Below, piece after piece: positions 56,791-64,000 of a stretch of DNA of 64,000 bases. The stretch lies in assembly GCF_009914755.1 (NCBI RefSeq), contig NC_060925.1; one strand, written 5' to 3'. Source of the stretch: the human T2T-CHM13v2.0 reference genome, Homo sapiens. The position numbers and the translations under genes are program-made. Within the stretch, counting starts at the first letter, position 1. Each line of letters starts with the position of its first letter. The notes beneath the pieces are model-generated. The model saw nothing but the letters and a program-made list of their open reading frames with translations. It was not told the DNA's origin and did not search any database.

Positions 56791-58690
56791 GCATTTTTTA
56801 AAAGTGGAGGCAGAAAGTAATGAATTCATATATTCTAAAATCATATTGGGAACAAATGTAATTATGATATCCAGAAAATGTAATTTGTGAATGCCTGTTT
56901 CAATAACTAGAGAAAAAAAATCACACACAGATTGCTAAACAAGATGCCTAAGATGCATTTGTATAGTAAATATTGGCGAATGTTTATTTACAATTGTAAG
57001 TTTGTCTAGTCTCTAACTTTGATTAAGTAATTCAATCTCTCTTCTTTGTTATTTATTTCTTAAACATACATATACACTAACCCGCAGGTTTCCATAACCA
57101 GCTATTTCAAATACAAAGAAAAATGAGCCTATTGAACACAATTCCCTTCATTCTATTTTTTAAAACCAATATATAAATTATATTTTCAGTGCTGATTAGT
57201 GTGGAAAAAGTGGCATATCATAAAAGGAACAAATAAATCATCTTTCCATCTTGTCACTGTTTTTAAAGTGTCATTTCTGAAGCTTCCTAAAATATTTTAA
57301 GCATACATATTAAATCTCAAAATATATACTGCTTAAGCAAATTAATTTTTATTTTAACTAATAATTTTTATAGCTCAAATATAAATGCCTGAAGTAATCA
57401 ATGCAATCATCCTGACAATTAATATAACAAATTAGGATTTAATGTAAATTATATTCAATTAAAGCTGCATCTACAGTGTAATTTTGAGTGAGGCAAATCA
57501 TTATTTTGTATATTTCAAAATGCAAATCTCTTGTTTAAAAAGCTGAAGAAACACATATTTTATCATGCATGAACCCTATTAGGGATCCTGATTTTCCTTT
57601 AATTTGGGCCTCATGATAATTTTTACTATCTTGCTAACTCTATATTGAACATATATTCAATCCATTCCACATAGACTATTACTGCTTCTGAAGCAATGCC
57701 TTTTCAAATCTTTGGTTTGTATACTTATTGCACCTATGAAATAAATACTCCACGATTACGTATGTGTATATATATACATATATATATGTGTGTGTGAGTA
57801 AGCTATTTCACCATCATTCCATTATTGATTGGCACATTGGTAACTGGATGTTGTCTCAACTTTCTAAGCTTATTTGCATGGTAGTTAAGGTAACTTGCTC
57901 CCAGATGTGCAAATGTTTGACTTGTCTTTTTTTTTTTAATGTGACAATCAATCTTTCATTTTATGTTCAAGCGTAATGTACTTCACTAAAATTATAGAAT
58001 ATTTTAAAAAAACATTATAAATAATAATAAACATATCCAAAATATTCAGCATTCTTACTTAACAGATGCCTGATAAATGCTTGGGCAACTATGTTACAGC
58101 CTCAATTTCTTTTCACACTTCCTGTATTTCAAACACCTATTTTTTAGCACAGTTTCACAGAACTGTTCACTATTCTTAAAACACCTCACCGCTTAAGTTT
58201 CATTGCCCTTCCATTTTTTACATATATCATCTCTAATCATCTTTGCTCATTCCTAAATAATGAAACTCAGTTCACTTTTCAAGGAAAAACTACAATGACG
58301 ACTTCCCTTAGCAGCTCAAGAAGAGTTAATTTTCTCCTCCTTGGTGACACTAGAGAACTTTATGTACAGGTTCTTATAGTAGTCTCCATATTCTAATTAT
58401 TATTATGTATTTGTCCATAATATACTTTGGAAACTTCAAGGGTAATGAGCATTTCTTATCAATATTTGGATCCTCATGACTTAGTCCAGTGACAATATTA
58501 TCGTCATTGCAGAAATATCTTGCCTAATAAGACAAGAAATAAATGGATATTATAATATGTAACAATTTAAAAATACTCTAAATCGGGGGAGATATATTAT
58601 ACAACAGAAATTATATAATTGAGTACAGTACTTGTCCAAATAAGTTGGTTTTAATCACTTGAGGTGTTGCTGCACAAAATACTATACAGC

Positions 58691-59584
58691 TGCTATGGAC
58701 TTAATGCTGGTGTTAACACCTAAATTCATGTTTGAACCTAATATTTGATGTGATAATATTAAGAGGTGGGGCCTATAAGACGTGATTAAATTATAAGGAC
58801 TCTATAACTGGGAACGTAAGTATTAAAAATCTATTTTGATCACCCAGTTTCTTTTTCTTCTTTTGTTTCCCTTTTATCCCATCATTCGTCCCTTCTCTAG
58901 ACACTCCCTCCCTGCAAAGTATGCTTATCTAGTTATGTTCTTACGTAAGAAATTCCAGAGGCTGATCTTGATACAAACCAGACACAGAGCCCTGATTGTG
59001 GAATCCTCCCTAGTGGAAGTGGCGAACAATTACTCCACCACGATCAGGCTAATGTTAAGATAATGCCAACCAGACCTCTGGATGGGCAATTATCCAAGAT
59101 AGCCAACAGAACAAAGACACACAGATCCTGCATCCTGCACCAATCCTACATGTCTTCCATGCCAAGTTTCCCTTTAAAAACCTTATGATGAATTTTAAAA
59201 TTTAAGATGGTACGTAAGAACACCAGTTGCCATCTTCTTGGTTTGCTGGTTCTTCAATTAAACTTACTTTTTTTTCCAGCAACACTTGCCTCCCATGGTT
59301 GGCTTTTGAGCAGCAAGCAGCCTATTCTGGGTCCAGTTACAACTCCACCTTCACGAATGGGATTACTGCCTTTATCAAAAAGGCTCAAAGGACCTTCCTT
59401 GCCCCTATTCACCATGTGAAGCCACAGAAAGAAGGCAGAGAGCAAGCCCTTACCAGACACCAAATCTGCTGGTACTTTGATCTTGGACTTCCCAACCTTC
59501 ACCACTGTGAGAAATACATTCCTGTTGTTTATAAATTACTCAGTCTAAGGCACGTTGTTATAGCAGCCCAAACAAACTAAAACA
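58691..59584 (+). mobile_element. MLT1A-like solo LTR split by an ERV1 LTR
   Basis: tgctatggacttaatg...gaggtggggcct | ...gaatgggattactgccttt...tagcagcccaaacaaactaaaaca. Confidence 0.85.
58803..59341 (+). mobile_element. ERV1 (MER4-group) solo LTR nested in MLT1A
   Basis: tataac ... ccagttaca termini; perfect 4-bp TSD actc (58799-58802 / 59342-59345). Confidence 0.75.
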
Positions 59585-60464
59585 ATGACGTTCCATTTAT
59601 TGGAAAGAAGGAACACATACATTATTGAGAGTGTCAAATATAGCATTTTAAAATAGAGTATACCATTTAGTTAAATGAGAATGTAAAACACATTGACTTT
59701 GCTAAATTTAATAATCCTGTACATAAAATGCCTTAAGAGATAATGGTTAAATTTCACTAAATGATGATAATAGTTAAGAATCTCTAAAATTCATATGGTT
59801 GAGTATCCTGATTCTTGGTCATAATAACTTGCAAATAATTTATTTAGGATATTATTATGTTATTTCACCTACAAATATGTAAAACTAAAATTTCAAGTTG
59901 CATGTTTCAAATTAAATGTGAAGAGAAATTTCAGTAAATTGAATCTGTTCCAGGAAAAAAAAATACCATGAGGATGTTATAATATGTAAAAACAATGTAT
60001 ATATCACTATGCATTTTAGATTCCAATACAACATTTATTATGTGGCTGCATTGATGTTTAAATATTTTACTTAGAATATAAAATAGTAAAAAAAGTGGCA
60101 ACCATTAAAATTTGACGAGGGCATATTATCATTTGCATATAAAAAGGGATACTCCTGATACTTTGTATAGTGAGGGTTGATACTATCTCTGAAGTAACTT
60201 ATCCAGGGCACTGAGAAACATGTAGAACTTAGAGTGAGGGTCATTTAAAATATGCAAAAAGTCTTATTTTGACCACTTGCCACTTACTTAACAGTCTGTA
60301 GCTAGGATAAAGTCTTTTTCAGATTTAATGTTTCCCACAAGCAAGATTCCAACTAAAATCCAGCAGTCAAAAATTTTAGTCAAACGTCTTTGACTACTCC
60401 ACTTGCAAAAGTTGTCATTTTGGCACTGCACAATTCAAGTGTAGAAGAATTGTAGAAGAAAGGA

Positions 60465-61470
60465 TGCCATACAGAAGAACAGATGGGCAATGTAAGCAGA
60501 GAGATGGAAACTCTCAGAAAGAACCAAAAAGAAATAACAGAATTCAACAATGCTGTGACAGATACGAACAATAAGCCAGTAGCACAACTAGCATTCGCTT
60601 CTTGATTTCGAATTTTATTCTCCAATAAAGGAAGCCAAGAAAACTTGAATAAATGGCTAATTCTAGCTGCAGCAGGAAATAAAAAAGATGAACTTAGGCA
60701 TCTTTTAGTGTCATAAAGTAAGGTACTCATAAATTAAACCCCCTAAATGATAGGAGTATGTCAAAGGGACAGTGGAGCCAACTGAAAGGGAACCCAAGAG
60801 TCAAATCTAGAGCAGCTTGAGAAACAAAATAACATAACGTTGGATTTCAATCCAAATTATAAAGTAGATATCTACACATTCACACAACTGTAAATAAAAG
60901 GTGGGGAAAGAAATCTCTCAAAGTAGAAAAATTCCAAATAATTTCTATAGGTTCTCTGCCCTGGAGGAGGTGGAGCATAACTCTTTACCTCTTAAGTGTT
61001 AGCTGCCCATAATGACTTCCTTCCAAAGAGTATGGAAAGACAAAGCAACAGTAAATTTACCATAGAGAAGCCTGACAAACGTGACCTCAGCCAGGCAATC
61101 AAGATTCACATCAACAGTGACATTTTATGTTGATAGTATTAATTGTTGATATGAAATGATGAAATTGGTACTTTACCTCTGTGGTCCTCTCAGAGAAGTG
61201 GAAGAAGACAAAGTAACAAAATGTAATGTGGTATCCTGGATGGAGTCCTGGAACATGAAAAAGACATTAAGTAAATGCCAAGAAGATCTGTATAAAATTT
61301 GAATTTTACTTAATAATAATGTATCAATATTAATTCATAAATTATAACAAATAAAATGTAATGTAAGATATTAATATTAGGATTAGCTTGGTAAAAGGAA
61401 TATGTGTATAGTCCTTGCAATTTCTTTGTAGATCTAAAACTACTTTAAAAATAAAAAGTTACTTAATAAA
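60465..61470 (+). mobile_element. Old L1 (L1MC/MD-type) fragments: short ORF1 piece plus 3'UTR
   Basis: gatgggcaatgtaagcagagagatggaaactct (ORF1-like); gagaagcctgacaaac...ctcagccagg...aatgtggtatcctggatgg (3'UTR). Confidence 0.7.
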
Positions 61471-62334
61471 ACAAACTTAAAATATATTATAAGTGATATT
61501 TACATTGACTATTTATTGAAAAATATAATGGGTTAAATAGAATATATTATTAAAATTAACAACAGCAAAAATAATATATACCCAAGACTTTTGAAAGGCC
61601 TGTTTGCCCCTTATGGAATGACATGTTATAAACGCTTTATAGCATGACAAAAGGTAAAATGTTAACATGAAAAGTAGAGCAGAGAAAATTGGCTGGAAAT
61701 ATGTCTTGATTATATTTGCATCCTAATTTCTATAATGTCTTAATGCTTGGTTACACTTTTATTTTCCATAAGTTTCATGAGACAATAAATGTTTTTTGTA
61801 ATAATTAACCCCTGAATTTCAAAGTCTTCAAATAAATTAATGTGACAGTCATAATTCCTAACTATACAATAACCAAGCTAATAGCTATTTTACTTTTACA
61901 GTGGGCCCATACTCATTCTATGCATATGTCTTTGTTTCTGTTTTCTTAACTGACAGTAAAGCAACCCAGTAAGTCTTATTTTCCTTTTACTATGCCTACC
62001 CATGAATCTCTCCTCATCTGTGTTCCATTCTTAGCATCATCAATGAATATAACTAAAAATAGTATTAAACTGGACATTTTTGGTTAATTTATTTCAAAAC
62101 TACATTAATATCATTTGATTAATTCAGCAAAAAATTGTACATGTGCACCATTGTTCAAAAAATATAGTGTCCAGGCAGTTATGTGTAAAAAAACATAAAT
62201 ATAATATAGTGCTTGGCTTTAATAAGCATAATATTCAATAAAAATCATCACAAAATTAACAAAGTCAAAATAAATTTTAACATTTAGCACAAAAACAGTG
62301 AGCTGTAATTTTCCAAAGAATAGAGCTAGAATGC

Positions 62335-62682
62335 TATCTTCATCAGTGTGGGCTGCTGTAACAAAACATCATTAACTGGGTAATTTATAAATGACAGAAA
62401 TAATTTTTTCACAGTTCTGCAGGTAAAGTCCAAGAATAAGGCGTTGGCAGATTCTGTGTCTCATGAGGGTTGCTTTCCAGTTTACAGCTGTTTTTTGCTA
62501 TCTCCTCACATAACAGAAGGAGCTCTCTGGCTTCTTCATATAAGACCACTAATACCAATCATAAGAGCTCAACCCTTATGACCTGTTCACTTTCCAAGGG
62601 CCTCACTTTCAAATACCATCATATTGGGGATTAGGTTTCAACATGTGAATTTTGGTGAGACATAGATATTCAGTCTATTGCA
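62335..62682 (-). mobile_element. MLT1A-like solo LTR
   Basis: gggctgctgtaacaaaacatcattaactggg ... gatattcagtctattgca; TSD aatgc / aatac. Confidence 0.85.
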
Positions 62683-63336
62683 AATACTCAGAATAGCGCA
62701 AGGTTTGTTTATCAAAACTGAGCTGTACTATATTGGTCATAATGAACATGTAAGAAAGTAGTGAAGAAAACTAATGGAAGAGATCTGAGGTCAGTTCGTA
62801 ACATATGAAGGCCCTGGAATGACTTTATTTATTAGGCATAGATTGCCACTTATGTGAGGATCACAGTGATAGGCTTGATTTCAAATGTCAGTTATGATGA
62901 ACAATTGACCAAAATGATTAGCAAGGCCAACAATTCCTAAAGTAAACAGTAAGAGATTTACTCTCTAGAAACACAAGATTAGATATGCTTGGCCCTAAGC
63001 TTCAAATAAGTGAATATGAATCTCAGGAAAAAAATATCAATTAGAGAAAATGTGTTCATCTGAATTATTTAAATTTCATAGAATTTGCACTATAATCATA
63101 TATTTTTCTCCTAAAACGACTATCCAACATCCAAGGTATGATGACCTTACCTTGAAAAAACCATTTTAAAAATTGCATGATATATTTTAAAGATAAGTTA
63201 TCATTAAACCAAAATATTAACCTAAGAAGAATTTTGTACACTAAGAATACTAATAGTGTTCAAAATTTTCACTTATGTCTTTGCAAAATCTTAGAATCAT
63301 GTACAGCATATTTTAAAAATTCACGTTTTGCCCAAT

Positions 63337-64000
<664 letters not shown>

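Overview
AT-rich, gene-poor human genomic DNA, made up largely of transposable elements; a near-consensus AluYa5 indicates human origin. I find no credible cellular protein-coding gene: the ORFs I can identify are TE remnants and the rest look like noise. The main structure is an apparently full-length minus-strand L1MA element (about 2.87-19.05 kb). It hosts a THE1 LTR, a near-complete HERV-L provirus (two MLT2A LTRs, PBS, gag, pro, RT, RNase H, IN, dUTPase, PPT, no env; itself hit by an L1PA 3' fragment and an AluY), an AluS and a second solo MLT2A LTR. Downstream are a twin-primed inverted L1PA2 inside an AluJ, a MER52 LTR, a nested L1MC > ERV1 LTR > complete MST (MaLR) provirus, a tailless 39-nt 5S rRNA retrocopy inside an Alu, Tigger/MER2 DNA transposons, an AluYa5, and many solo LTR, L2 and MIR relics. 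Subfamily names come from recalled consensus sequences and need RepeatMasker/Dfam confirmation. I cannot support a genuinely new biological system here. The best leads are the 5S retrocopy, DUX4-type motifs in the HERV-L/THE1 LTRs, and several well-resolved insertion and rearrangement mechanisms.
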